Shown here: one piece after another, positions 1 to 10,253 of the stretch
How the letters are laid out: every line of letters starts with the position of its first letter
Position numbering within the stretch: position 1 is the first letter of the stretch
NCBI GenBank assembly: GCA_041641305.1
Contig: JBEPYN010000001.1
Location: 787,183-851,182, forward strand
Origin: Nitrososphaerota archaeon
GTDB lineage: Archaea; Thermoproteota; Nitrososphaeria_A; Caldarchaeales; Caldarchaeaceae
Length of the DNA stretch: 64,000 nucleotides
Direction of reading: 5' to 3'
Program-made: the position numbers and the translations under genes
The notes under the pieces: model-generated
Databases searched by the model: none
Seen by the model: the letters and a program-made list of their open reading frames with translations, nothing else
What the model was told of the DNA's origin: nothing

Positions 1-950
1 GGCGTCAGGAGAACATCACCAGCCAGTATCCCGACGTGGTCGACATGGTGCGGAAAGGTGTTTTGGCCCGTGAAGCGATACTCGAATGTGAAGCTGTTCC
101 CGTAGACCCCGAGACAGGTGAGACACTGCCTTTCCAAGAGCTTATGCACCGCAAGAGAAAGAAGGAGATTGAGAAGGCCGCGGAAGAGTATCCGGTCAAC
201 CTCTATTTCTTCGACCTCCTCTACGTCGACGGCGAAGACCTCACCACCAAGCCTCTTCCCATACGCAGGAAAAAGCTTGAGGGAATTATTGTGGAGAGCG
301 AGAGGATGAGGCTTAGCACAGGTAAAATGGTTGAGACGCCTGAAGAGATTGAGAAGTTTTTCGCCGAAGCCGTCGAAGCAGGCTGTGAGGGGTTGATGAT
401 AAAGTCGGTTGACGAGGACAGTGTTTACAGGGCTGGGGCCCGGGGCTGGCAGTGGATTAAGCTGAAACGGGATTACCGAAGCGAGATGATTGACACCGTC
501 GACCTCGTCGTGGTCGGCGCATTCCATGGACGGGGGAGGAGAAAGGGCCGCTACGGCGCCCTGCTGATGGCTGTCTACAACCCTGAGAAGGATGTGTTCC
601 AGACAGTTTGTAAAGTTGGCTCAGGGTTCAAGGACGTGGACCTCGAGATGTTGACGGAACGTGTTAACAGGCTTCGGCTCGACGCCAAACATCCACGCGT
701 GGAGGCTTTGATGGAGCCGGATGTCTGGGTTCAGCCGAGCCTCGTTCTCGAGATAATCGGTGCAGAGGTAACGCTCAGCCCCGTGCACACATGTGCATGG
801 GATGTGGTTAAGCAGGGCTATGGGCTGGGGATAAGGTTTCCACGCTTCACCGGCAGGGTCCGCGACGACAAGAAGCCCGAGGACGCTACAACAGACAACG
901 AAATCGTGGAGATGTATCGGAGCCAGCTGAAGAAGGTTGAGGCAGAGTGA
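1..950 (+). CDS. lig: ATP-dependent DNA ligase, C-terminal part (5' end outside window)
   Basis: Motifs YFFDLLY, CEGLMIK, WIKLKRDY, DTVDLVVVGA, KVGSGF, RFPRF..RDDK. Confidence 0.97.
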   Translation, partial: RQENITSQYPDVVDMVRKGVLAREAILECEAVPVDPETGETLPFQELMHRKRKKEIEKAAEEYPVNLYFFDLLYVDGEDLTTKPLPIRRKKLEGIIVESERMRLSTGKMVETPEEIEKFFAEAVEAGCEGLMIKSVDEDSVYRAGARGWQWIKLKRDYRSEMIDTVDLVVVGAFHGRGRRKGRYGALLMAVYNPEKDVFQTVCKVGSGFKDVDLEMLTERVNRLRLDAKHPRVEALMEPDVWVQPSLVLEIIGAEVTLSPVHTCAWDVVKQGYGLGIRFPRFTGRVRDDKKPEDATTDNEIVEMYRSQLKKVEAE

Positions 951-960
951 GGTGAGCGAC

Positions 961-1185
961 ATGGTTTTGGACGCGGTTACGCTGCTTATCCTCTTCATGG
1001 TGTTTGTATTGGCTGCGTTTATGCTTCTCGCTGCAGCCGCTGCACAGAGTGAGAAGACAAGGGGAGAAGGGTTCGCATTCATCCTCATCGGGCCCCTGCC
1101 GATCATTCTGCGTGGAAGGCCTTGGATAGCTCTGGCCGTGGGAGCCGCGTTGATAGCCCTTCTTCTAATGGTGATGCTGAGGTGA
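961..1185 (+). CDS. DUF131/TIGR00304-like small membrane protein
   Basis: Two hydrophobic helices flanking GFAFILIGPLPII; GAGGTGA RBS before ATG 961. Confidence 0.75.
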   Translation: MVLDAVTLLILFMVFVLAAFMLLAAAAAQSEKTRGEGFAFILIGPLPIILRGRPWIALAVGAALIALLLMVMLR

Positions 1186-1415
1186 GAGCTTTTCTCATAC
1201 TGGCTTTTCTTCTGTTCGCGGCAGCTCTCATCCTCCCCTTTGCCTTGGTCTATGCGGTTGGTGATGCAGCCCAGTTCAGGGGAATCGGGGTCTTCTTCAT
1301 CGGCCCCATACCCATCTTTCTCGACGTCACGGACCCACGCGGCATCTTCACACTCCTGCTACCCTTTCTACTCATCTTCATCCTGCTTTTTCTCGCCAAG
1401 ACGTTGAAGCGTTAG
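1182..1415 (+). CDS. DUF131-like small membrane protein (paralogue)
   Basis: GVFFIGPIPI motif; GTG 1182 overlaps the upstream TGA. Confidence 0.65.
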   Translation: MRAFLILAFLLFAAALILPFALVYAVGDAAQFRGIGVFFIGPIPIFLDVTDPRGIFTLLLPFLLIFILLFLAKTLKR

Positions 1416-2203
1416 TTTTTTGATTGACGTGGTTTGAATGGTGTGCTTTCTCTCCAGAGGTATTCGAAGTAGTTTTTCGCAAACTTTGCTAAGCCTATGT
1501 GGTCTGACCATATGGCTATCATCGATTCATCGTCTTCGGCGAATACGATTACGACTTCTCTGTTGTCGGAGATTATGCCTCCGCCGAACATCTGCTCTCT
1601 AACCCTGACCTCAGCAACCTCGGCCAAAAGCTTGAGGAGAGATGGGTTGACGCTGTTTGACGCCATGACCTGCACTTTTCCATCACGGGCTCTGACTGAG
1701 AGGATGAGTTTGCGCAGGTTTTCCGCTGTTTCCTTGTTGAGGGTGGGGGCGGCGACAAGCAGCTCTGCCTCACATCGCAGCACCACTTCACGTATCTTCT
1801 CCGCTATGCTTTCGCTTCCTCGCAGTATCCAGATGTCGGGCTTCTCCCGCACACCACGTTTCTCGTAAACGGGCATAAGCTCGCGGACAACCGCCTCCGA
1901 GAGCTGCCTAACGTTTCTCTCGATGTTTTTGACAAGGTTCTCGACCGCTGTGTCAGGCGGCTTCGGGACATAGCGGGCCGGCCTACCCGCCTGAGCCTCT
2001 ATGAAGCCCTTCTCCTCCAGCGAGCCCAGAACCTCGTAGATTTTGGAGTAAGGTATCATCTTGAGGTCGCTTATCTCGCTCGCCGTCATGGGGCCATGTT
2101 CAACCAAGGCTACGTAGGCCCTGATCTCGTAGTCCGTCAATCCAAGCTCTTGGAGAGACCGTCTAACCCTCTCGCTTACGGGGAAAACCTGTTCATCGGA
2201 CAT
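1412..2203 (-). CDS. TrmB-family transcriptional regulator
   Basis: LGLTDYEIRAYVAL..IPYSKIYEVLGSLEEKGFI wHTH plus C-terminal effector domain; likely start ATG 2203. Confidence 0.93.
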   Translation of the reverse strand: MSDEQVFPVSERVRRSLQELGLTDYEIRAYVALVEHGPMTASEISDLKMIPYSKIYEVLGSLEEKGFIEAQAGRPARYVPKPPDTAVENLVKNIERNVRQLSEAVVRELMPVYEKRGVREKPDIWILRGSESIAEKIREVVLRCEAELLVAAPTLNKETAENLRKLILSVRARDGKVQVMASNSVNPSLLKLLAEVAEVRVREQMFGGGIISDNREVVIVFAEDDESMIAIWSDHIGLAKFAKNYFEYLWRESTPFKPRQSKN

Positions 2204-2732
2204 ACCGAGCCTCAGCCGCGAGATATCTTGCAACCGCTTTTGTCAAAGGATAGCCGATGACGAGAATGCTGATAACCGAGCCGCCTAAGACGCCTATCCA
2301 TGAGAAGACTATGCCTGGGACGACCACCCCAAGCACAGGTGTTGGCGGCACACCGATCAAAACGTAGAGGTAGGAGCCTACAATGAATGTTACCAGAAGG
2401 GTTTGGAAAACCGCGACAAACATCCAGGAGCCGCGGAAGACAAAGTTGCGGGCCATTTTCCAGCCGAAATAGGTTGCGACAAGGTTTGTTAAAGTGCCTC
2501 CGAGAAGGTCCACGGGGCCGAATGGGCTGAATAGGTTGGCGATGAAAGTGCCCACGGTGACGCCGACCACGGCGGGCATCCCAAACACCATAGCCAACGG
2601 AAGAAGAGCATCAGAAACTCTCACCTGAATAATCTCGAAGCTAAGCCCCGGCAAAGCTATGACACCCGCGGCATAAAGCCCCGCGAAAACAATAGCCGCC
2701 GCCAAATCCCTCGGCTTCATACTCCACATCAT
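2193..2732 (-). CDS. queT: QueT-family transporter
   Basis: IQVRVSDAL, GVTVGTFIANLFSPFG.VD motifs; hydrophobic. Confidence 0.85.
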   Translation of the reverse strand: MMWSMKPRDLAAAIVFAGLYAAGVIALPGLSFEIIQVRVSDALLPLAMVFGMPAVVGVTVGTFIANLFSPFGPVDLLGGTLTNLVATYFGWKMARNFVFRGSWMFVAVFQTLLVTFIVGSYLYVLIGVPPTPVLGVVVPGIVFSWIGVLGGSVISILVIGYPLTKAVARYLAAEARYVR

Positions 2733-2773
2733 TCGTTACCCTTGGTTAAAATATGTTTATTCCACACAATTTG

Positions 2774-4114
2774 TCATAGTTTGTACCATCTCCCGGAGAC
2801 TTTGACATCCTTCATATTGAACACCCGAACCATCCTGCTCAGCCGACCGTTTTCCTCCTTCAGCATAGTCTCCACAACCCCGTCCACACTATCCATTACA
2901 AGAGCGGTGACATTCTGCGGGAACGCCGAATTGTTGTAGGCTACCCAGAAGCTCACACCAGCGGCCTTCGACTTGGCCACGAGAAGGTTAAGCAGCTTCA
3001 ACCCCGCCTCTACACCATGGTTCTCCATCACAGGTGTTATAGAGTCGAGGATAAACCACTTGCGGGCTGTGGCCAACCTGGACAATACACGTGTGAAGGT
3101 TATGTTGATTTCATTAGGCTCCGGTGCGACATAGTGTTGGCCGTTAGCCGCTGGCGCAAGAGATGTCAATAAAATCAACCTCCCCTCCTTCTCGAATCGG
3201 TCGACATCGCATCCAAGGCCAGCAAGCCTGCTCCGCAGCTCATCCAACGTGTCGTGAAGCGAGAGTATCACAACACCATCCCCCGCAGAAAGACACTGAG
3301 CGGCAAGCCGCGCCAAAAGCGTCGACCTCCCACTCCCCGTCGGGCCGACAACCGCCACAACACTCGGAACACTCAACCCAATTTCTCTGTCGATGCCTTC
3401 CACACCCGTCAAAACAGTTTCACCCTCTGGCCTCGTTCTCAGACCAGATATTCGTGTAACACCATAGACGCCGGCAACTGTTCCAACAAGGCTCATCACC
3501 ATCTCCAGCTCGAAATAGGTCCAGTAAACCCCTCGGCCAAACAACCCGGACAACACACCACCTACAACATACAGAAACAAGGCGCCAACCCCGGCAAATA
3601 AGAGGCCCGCTGCCCAGAGAGGCACCGCGCTCCACATCCCCCAACCAAGCTCAAAACGTCCAACTACACCATAGACATATGAGCAGAACATCCAGAACAT
3701 GAAGCCCGCCACCATCACATGATAAGCAAGAAACATGTCAACCACCGCACCCGACCTGAAAAACACCATAGAAGCAACAAGAGGAACAGCAAAGAGTATC
3801 GACACACTGACCCATGTCAGGCGAAAGTAAACCTTGCCAACAAGGGATAAAACATGGAGAACAAAAGCAAGGGTTACACCCATGATGGCAGAGCCTAAGA
3901 GGCTCGAAACATAGAGGAACACTTCAAAACCAGCGCCCAAAAAATACGTCATCGCGGTAAAAAGATACAGCACAAACCCGAAATAAACAAACCAAGTTAA
4001 GTAAACCAGCAAGCCTCTAACATTAAACAACCTGCGAATAACTCCAACAACAACCAACATGCCAGCCAACACGATGAGTCGCGAAGCAAAAGGAAAAAGA
4101 ACGTCCATAACCAC
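2774..4114 (-). CDS. Multi-pass membrane protein fused to KaiC/RAD55-like RecA-fold ATPase
   Basis: ~7 TM helices, then TGVEGID, Walker A GPTGSGRST, Walker B FILDSIT, DGVVE. Confidence 0.85.
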   Translation of the reverse strand: MVMDVLFPFASRLIVLAGMLVVVGVIRRLFNVRGLLVYLTWFVYFGFVLYLFTAMTYFLGAGFEVFLYVSSLLGSAIMGVTLAFVLHVLSLVGKVYFRLTWVSVSILFAVPLVASMVFFRSGAVVDMFLAYHVMVAGFMFWMFCSYVYGVVGRFELGWGMWSAVPLWAAGLLFAGVGALFLYVVGGVLSGLFGRGVYWTYFELEMVMSLVGTVAGVYGVTRISGLRTRPEGETVLTGVEGIDREIGLSVPSVVAVVGPTGSGRSTLLARLAAQCLSAGDGVVILSLHDTLDELRSRLAGLGCDVDRFEKEGRLILLTSLAPAANGQHYVAPEPNEINITFTRVLSRLATARKWFILDSITPVMENHGVEAGLKLLNLLVAKSKAAGVSFWVAYNNSAFPQNVTALVMDSVDGVVETMLKEENGRLSRMVRVFNMKDVKVSGRWYKL

Positions 4115-4215
4115 TACTCCATTGACCTATCATATATGTCTTGAAAAAGTGTATTACGTCTAAACAGCCGTAAAACAATTCAGCAACACAAAACACCGCT
4201 AAACATCTAAACACC

Positions 4216-4620
4216 GTGCATAGAGCCGAGGCCGAAAAACTGCTCAGCAGGTCCAGAAAATTCGCCGACGCTGCAGACTTCCACTTCTCGAGAGGCGTCT
4301 ACGACCTCGCCGTCTTCAAAATTGAACAAGACCTACAACTTTCTCTAAAAGCCATGCTCCTAAAAAATAGAGTAGACTTCCCATAAACCCATAGCGTAAG
4401 AAAACTATTCATCATCTTGGGCGAGTGTATGGGCAAAGAACAACGATTCACAGAGTTCGCTGAAAAACGTGCGCTCGAGTTCGCAAACCTCGAGGACGCC
4501 TACATATCTTCGTAATCCTTTCCACGAGAGTTCACCAGAGGAGAGGCTGAGAGCCTCGGCAACTTTTTCTCTGAGGTGAGGAAGTTTGTGCTGCAGCATA
4601 TTGGTGAGGGAGGCGCGTAG
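4216..4620 (+). pseudogene. HEPN domain pseudogene
   Basis: Reads VHRAEAEKLLSRS..YDLAVF..DFP*THSVRKL..LEDAYISS*; in-frame TAA at 4384 and 4513; collinear with intact HEPN at 20933. Confidence 0.88.
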
Positions 4621-4890
4621 ACGTCGGGAGATATTCCAAAACCTATCACACTATCTCCAGAAGAGGCCGTGAAACAGCTGGATAACGATGCTAAGCTGTC
4701 TCTTTTCGGCTCAGCGGCCCGCGGAGACCACGTAATCGCAAGGGCGTCGACATCCTCATCATCACAAGGCTCCGCCCAGCACAGGTAATAGCGCATCAAG
4801 GAAACTGGGGTTTGACGAGCCCTTCGATTTTCATGTCGCAATAAGCGGAAATGTACCTGCAAACAGCGGACAAGAAGGTGGAGCTTTAAC
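4586..4890 (+). pseudogene. MNT (minimal nucleotidyltransferase) pseudogene
   Basis: Fragments LVREARRRREIFQNL, LFGSAARGDH, VDILIIT in shifting frames; resembles 21333..21674; boundaries approximate. Confidence 0.75.
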
Positions 4891-4976
4891 CCGAATAGCC
4901 TCCTCCTCTTTCTACCCTTTCACCCGAAGTATCGTGAGGAAACGGTTAAAAGCTCAGCCGAAGCCGAGACGCCGGT

Positions 4977-6671
4977 ATGGCGGTAATCCTCGAAACAACC
5001 AACCTCGAAACCAAACGCAAACTCGTAACAAAGACAAGAAGTATCTGCCCCGAATGCAACAGAATACTCGAAGCAGACGTCGTCGAGGAGGAGGGTAAGA
5101 TAAAGATCTACAAGACATGTCCCAAACACGGCGAGTTCGACGACCTCTACTTCGGCGACGCCGAGATGTACTACCGCTTCGCAAGATGGCTCCACGACGG
5201 AAAAGGCACAGGAAACCCCAACGTCGAGATGCCACGCTGCGCATGCCCAGCCAACTGCGGCCTCTGCAGCAGCCACCTAAGCCACACAGGCCTCTCCAAC
5301 CTCGTCATCACAAACAGATGTGACCTACACTGCTGGTACTGCTTCTTCTACGCCGAAAAAGCAGGATACATCTACGAGCCAACCCTCGACCAGATACGTG
5401 AAATGGTCAAGCAGCTCAAAGCAGAGCGGCCCGTGCCCGGCAACTCTGTCCAGATAACTGGCGGAGAACCATGCCTCAGAGACGACCTGCCCGAAATAAT
5501 CAAAATTCTGAAGGAAGAGGGAGTGGACCACATCCAGCTCAACACAAACGGCATCCGCCTCGCCCATGACTTCGAGTTCTTCAAACGAGTAAAGGAAGCG
5601 GGCGTAAGCAACCTCTACATGAGCTTCGACGGCGTCACACCACGGACAAACCCGAAAAACCACTGGGAAGTGCCCAAGACGCTCGAAAACGCCCGCAAAC
5701 TCGGAGTAGGAGTTGTCCTCGTCCCAACAGTGATCAAATCGGTCAACGACCACGAGCTCGGCGACATCATCCGCTTCGGGTTCCAAAACATCGAGGTCGT
5801 GAGAGCTGTCAACTTCCAGCCCGTAAGCCTCACGGGCAGAATGCCCAAGAAAGAGCGTGAAAAATACCGCATCACAATACCGGACTGCATCCACAGAATA
5901 GAGGAGCAGACAAACGGCGAAATCCCCCGCGAAGCATGGTTCCCCGTACCAGCCTGCACACCCCTAACAAACTTTATCGAAGCACTCACACGCAAAGCAC
6001 AGTACGAGCTAAGCATACACTTCGCATGCGGCGCAGGAACCTACGTCTTCAAAGACCACGACAAACTCGTCCCCATAACAGAATTCGTCGACGTCGAAGG
6101 CCTCATCAAATACCTACAAGACAAAACAGAAGAAATCGAAGCAGGCAAAAACCGCTTCTACATAGCCCTCAAAGTCCTCGCCAACATCAGCAAATACATC
6201 AACACCAAAAAACAACCAACAGGCCTCAACCTCAAACAAATGCTATACAACATCATAGTCAAACACGACTACCACAGCGTAGGCGACTGGCACCGCAGAT
6301 CACTCTTCCTAGGAATGATGCATTTTATGGACCCCTACAACCATGACGAGGAACGATTACGCCGCTGCGACATCCACTACCTAACCCCCGACATGCGAAT
6401 AATCCCGTTCTGCGCCTTCAACGTAATACCACACTGGTACAGGGACAGGATTCAGGCGATGTACGGGATTCCTATCGCTGAGTGGGAGAGGAGGACGGGC
6501 CGTAAGCTCAAGGACGACTTCTACAAGCGCCAGCTACCATCAAAGCAGCAGACGATTCCATTGGCATCCACTAAAACAGCAGGCTTCGGTGGACTCAAAG
6601 AGGTACCTGTCATCCAAGGAGGTTCAGGCAAAGAAGAAAACTGCGGCTCCAGCTGCGGCTGCAGCCACTGA
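4977..6671 (+). CDS. tes: Radical SAM tetraether lipid synthase (Tes/GDGT-MAS, MJ0619 family)
   Basis: N-terminal CPEC..CPKH, CPANCGLC..H, CDLHCWYC radical SAM motif, TGGEP, C-terminal RCDIHY..IIPFC. Confidence 0.88.
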   Translation: MAVILETTNLETKRKLVTKTRSICPECNRILEADVVEEEGKIKIYKTCPKHGEFDDLYFGDAEMYYRFARWLHDGKGTGNPNVEMPRCACPANCGLCSSHLSHTGLSNLVITNRCDLHCWYCFFYAEKAGYIYEPTLDQIREMVKQLKAERPVPGNSVQITGGEPCLRDDLPEIIKILKEEGVDHIQLNTNGIRLAHDFEFFKRVKEAGVSNLYMSFDGVTPRTNPKNHWEVPKTLENARKLGVGVVLVPTVIKSVNDHELGDIIRFGFQNIEVVRAVNFQPVSLTGRMPKKEREKYRITIPDCIHRIEEQTNGEIPREAWFPVPACTPLTNFIEALTRKAQYELSIHFACGAGTYVFKDHDKLVPITEFVDVEGLIKYLQDKTEEIEAGKNRFYIALKVLANISKYINTKKQPTGLNLKQMLYNIIVKHDYHSVGDWHRRSLFLGMMHFMDPYNHDEERLRRCDIHYLTPDMRIIPFCAFNVIPHWYRDRIQAMYGIPIAEWERRTGRKLKDDFYKRQLPSKQQTIPLASTKTAGFGGLKEVPVIQGGSGKEENCGSSCGCSH

Positions 6672-7225
6672 ACACCCGTTTCTTAAATCCGATGATATCT
6701 GGAAGGAGACAATCCTAACTTTTTTCTTTCTTCTGTATGAAGATTTTGACTTGTGTGTCTGTTAACGTCATACTTTTTACTGCGTAATAGTTTCTGCCAC
6801 TTCCCAATGCTATCCTAGTTTTTCCATAGTTATGATATACTCGTAGTGTTTATGTCATCTAACTTGAACTGGACATAAGGTAACCAAGTATACCTACCCT
6901 CCGTAAACTTCACACTTCTTGGATCAAACCTCACGACAGGGCTGCGGTCTTCAAATAGCCGAAAGACCAGCCCCTACTTGATGATGAGCTTCAAAAAACT
7001 TTCTCCAATGCAGGCTTCTCTACAACCAGCAGTGTTTTTGTCATGCCGCCATCAACCACTAAAGCATGGGAATTATTTGGCCGCAGTCGACCTCTTCATA
7101 TAATTGCTAAATGTGTAATGTTCCGATGCTAGCCGATTAGTACAGCATCTTCAGATGAAGAGTTATAAATCTCTTTAACGTACAAATAGAACATGTTTAT
7201 ATATAATTATACATCCCCATAGTTT

Positions 7226-8335
7226 ATGAGAGGTAGCTTTGTACTTGGAATATTGGGCGGGGTTTTCGGCATTTTAGTCGGACTTGTGGTACTGGTCCTC
7301 GCGGGAACCAGTGAAGCTTTATCACCGTGGTTGGGTGAGGATACCAGACGCATAGTAGGGCAGCTATATGTTCAGACATTTGTAGCATTACTAGGTGGCG
7401 TACTAGGAATAATTGGAGGTGCAATAGGTAGAAAAATTGGCGGCGTAATACTGATGCTTGCTTCTCTATTTGTTCTTGTGGGAGGGGGGTTATTCGGAAT
7501 ATTGCCATTTATATTGTTGCTAGTCGGCGGAGTATTAAGTTTCAGAGAGGCCAAACACGAAATCGCCTTATCTAATGCTGAAGGGTACGGGACTGTGGGG
7601 AGGGGCAAGTCGAATACTCACGGATTGAGTTGTCCCCGATGTAGCAGCACTGATATGATTAAGTTGGATGATGAAGTCTACGAGTGCTGGAATTGCGGTT
7701 TACGATTCAAGAACGTTCGAGAACCATCGAGAGGTATATTCAAGTGGATAGCTGTAAGTGTCATGTTCTTTATGTTGGGGGCGATTTTAGGATATGGGGC
7801 TGGAAGCGCTGCTACGACAAAAACTATCACGAATACTGTAACAGTGGACGTCGGCGTTATGAATACTCAAACCATTAGAGATCAGACTCCGGGTGGGGGA
7901 CTGAGAACTGTCGGACTTACTGAGTCTTGTCAGGTAAGTTTTAGTTCCCGTAAATTTGAGTTTTCTATTCTCCAATATATTCGTGGAAAAGAGGCTGACG
8001 ATGAAATACAAAATGCTAATCCTTTTAATCCTAAACCAGAAACAGGTTTTGAATACGTATTGATCAAGATAAGGCTCTCACATTTATCAGTCCAAGGATC
8101 CTCAGATACAATATCGATCGGGCCTTACGATTTTATATTGTATGCAGATGGTGTAGGATACAAAGCAGAAATATTTTTAGTATATCCCGAAGATAAAAAA
8201 ATGTTAGAATTTGTCGATTTATTTCCAGGAGGTAGAGTTGAAGGATGGATCCTGTTTGAAGTGCCAGAAAAAACTTCTCTAATGCTAACTTTCACTCCTC
8301 TTAGTATCAAACCTCAATGTTTTATCAGACTTTAA
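7226..8335 (+). CDS. Low-GC membrane protein: 3 TM, Zn ribbon, TM, DUF4352-like Ig domain
   Basis: Gly-rich TM segments, CPRC..CWNC, Thr-rich linker, NPFNPKPETGFEYVLI..LFPGGRVEGWILFEVP. Confidence 0.75.
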   Translation: MRGSFVLGILGGVFGILVGLVVLVLAGTSEALSPWLGEDTRRIVGQLYVQTFVALLGGVLGIIGGAIGRKIGGVILMLASLFVLVGGGLFGILPFILLLVGGVLSFREAKHEIALSNAEGYGTVGRGKSNTHGLSCPRCSSTDMIKLDDEVYECWNCGLRFKNVREPSRGIFKWIAVSVMFFMLGAILGYGAGSAATTKTITNTVTVDVGVMNTQTIRDQTPGGGLRTVGLTESCQVSFSSRKFEFSILQYIRGKEADDEIQNANPFNPKPETGFEYVLIKIRLSHLSVQGSSDTISIGPYDFILYADGVGYKAEIFLVYPEDKKMLEFVDLFPGGRVEGWILFEVPEKTSLMLTFTPLSIKPQCFIRL

Positions 8336-8522
8336 GTTACAAAGCGATAACATTGAATTCTTACAAAAAATAAGAAGCACTGTCGGTTGTAATCACGTAT
8401 CTTAACGTGATTGGCTAGCACCTCGACCGCTCCGCTCCGGCATCCTCAGGTTCCTTTTGGTCTCCTTCCTGAGGAGATCAAACCATTAGATGATCCAATA
8501 CTCCCCTTGGAAATGGGTCATG

Positions 8523-8790
8523 TCGTTCTGCGGCTTTAACGTCATACCCCACTGGTAACGTGACAGGATTCAGGCATAGTATGGTATACCCATATCGGAA
8601 TGGGAAAAAACGAACCGGCCGTAAGCTCAAGGACGACTTCTACAAGCGCCAACTACCGACGAAACAACAGCCGATCTCCATGGCCTCTACTAAGACGGCC
8701 GGTTTCGGAGGCTTGAGAGAAGTACCCGTCATTCAGGGCGGCTCTGGAAAAGAAGAAAACCACGGGTCAAGCTGCGGCTGCAGCCACTAG
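8523..8790 (+). pseudogene. Diverged duplicate of the tes 3' end
   Basis: Aligns with 6405..6671 (FNVIPHW..GRKLKDDFYKRQLP..SSCGCSH); carries stops and a frameshift. Confidence 0.93.
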
Positions 8791-9287
8791 GTGAATAGTG
8801 AATCTTCCTCGGCCTTTTTGGACATAAGCGGGTATATTTTCGGGCTTCTCAGCTCTCCGTAGAAACCTTCCGCCTAGACCTCTAAGAACTGACTCCATCG
8901 CATCTCGCAGGATTACTTCTCGGTTCCTAAGAGTCCTGTCCATGGTCGTCTTAGGTGTTTGTTCGTTCATGTCGTCGTGGCTGGCGAATAACTGTCGTCA
9001 TTTAGCCTCCCTTCGAGTTCCAAGTATCACCGGACTATCTTGAAGTCGTCCTCGGATGCGTGTAAGAACATCGGCGTTCTTAACTTTTTGGGTGTTAAGC
9101 CTGTGATGACAAATAACATTCAGCTAGCAGAGGGATGTGTTTTAGGCAAGCCTCCTCCTCACTCAAACCGTCAGCAAGCCCCTCACGATAAAGCCTGTTC
9201 AAACTCAACCCTCCACTTATCGCTAATCCGCTTATAAAAAAGGCCCGGTTCAGACCCCTGTACTTCCAGAAAGTTGGAGACACTATC

Positions 9288-9755
9288 TTGGTTTACGCAC
9301 CTCACGTTTTTCCCGGAAGAGACCCCGTCCTAATCCTAATATCCATAGCCATGATACTGTTACACACGCTCACAGGCTACATATACGCCAATCCGAAACT
9401 GATTCTAGAAGCCTTGTTGGCCTACCTATTTGTATCAACGGTGATCGCTATCAGAATTCTGGCGAGTTACCTCTACCTCCGGCCCTACGGACTCTTCCAG
9501 AGCTGGAGGATAAGGGTTATCATGAAAGGTAAACCCCAATTAGAGGCAAAATTCGACGGCGATACATCACTAAAACAAATAATGGATTGGGCGTTGGCGA
9601 AGGTTTTCACCTCAAGCAAAAACAGGGTGACCGAAAACTATTCAATTCATTATGGTGATAAACAGTTAGATCCACAACTGCGGCTTTATCAGACAAAACT
9701 GCCCACAAAGCTAACACTTACGATAAGAAGAAAAAGGAGACTCGCCAAACTCTAG
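9288..9755 (+). CDS. Membrane protein with C-terminal ubiquitin-like (beta-grasp) domain
   Basis: Two TM helices; C-terminal pattern resembles ubiquitin (see findings); start uncertain. Confidence 0.55.
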   Translation: MVYAPHVFPGRDPVLILISIAMILLHTLTGYIYANPKLILEALLAYLFVSTVIAIRILASYLYLRPYGLFQSWRIRVIMKGKPQLEAKFDGDTSLKQIMDWALAKVFTSSKNRVTENYSIHYGDKQLDPQLRLYQTKLPTKLTLTIRRKRRLAKL

Positions 9756-9860
9756 CACAACTAATTCCAACCATCAATACATGTGAAATTTTTGGCATAA
9801 GCAGATATGTCTCTAGGGCTCTCCCTAATTTTATATACCTAGACTTGCTGTCTTACGTGG

Positions 9861-10253
9861 ATGCGTGAAGAGGCTAGGGATTGGTATGATGGGGCTTTGA
9901 ATGATTTAAAGATGGCTGACAGCGCTTTAGAGGCTGGTCTGAATAACTGGGCCATGTTCGCGGCTCATCAAGCCGTTGAGAAAGCTCTAAAAGCCTTGAT
10001 AATAGCTAAACAACGTGAAAGGCCTCCCAAGACCCATGATTTGGTGGAGTTACTGCAACACGCTGGGATTCAGCTGGATAAGCGTATCGAGACAGTGCTT
10101 GCAGAGCTATCACCCTACTACTCAGTCGCCCGCTATCCCAATGCTGGTTTGAGGCGGCCATGGGAAAGAATTAATAGAGAAACAGCGGTTAGGATGGTGG
10201 AAGCCGCTAAGAGCTTGGTGAAGGCCGTTGGAGAGAAGCTTGGAACTGCCTGA
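9861..10253 (+). CDS. HEPN domain protein
   Basis: AHQAVEKALKA, PPKTHDL, ARYP. Confidence 0.93.
   Translation: MREEARDWYDGALNDLKMADSALEAGLNNWAMFAAHQAVEKALKALIIAKQRERPPKTHDLVELLQHAGIQLDKRIETVLAELSPYYSVARYPNAGLRRPWERINRETAVRMVEAAKSLVKAVGEKLGTA

Noticed and set aside
8430-8520. Possible IS6-like transposase fragment (WFDLLRKETKR) on minus strand
   Set aside because: Too short; no terminal repeats identified
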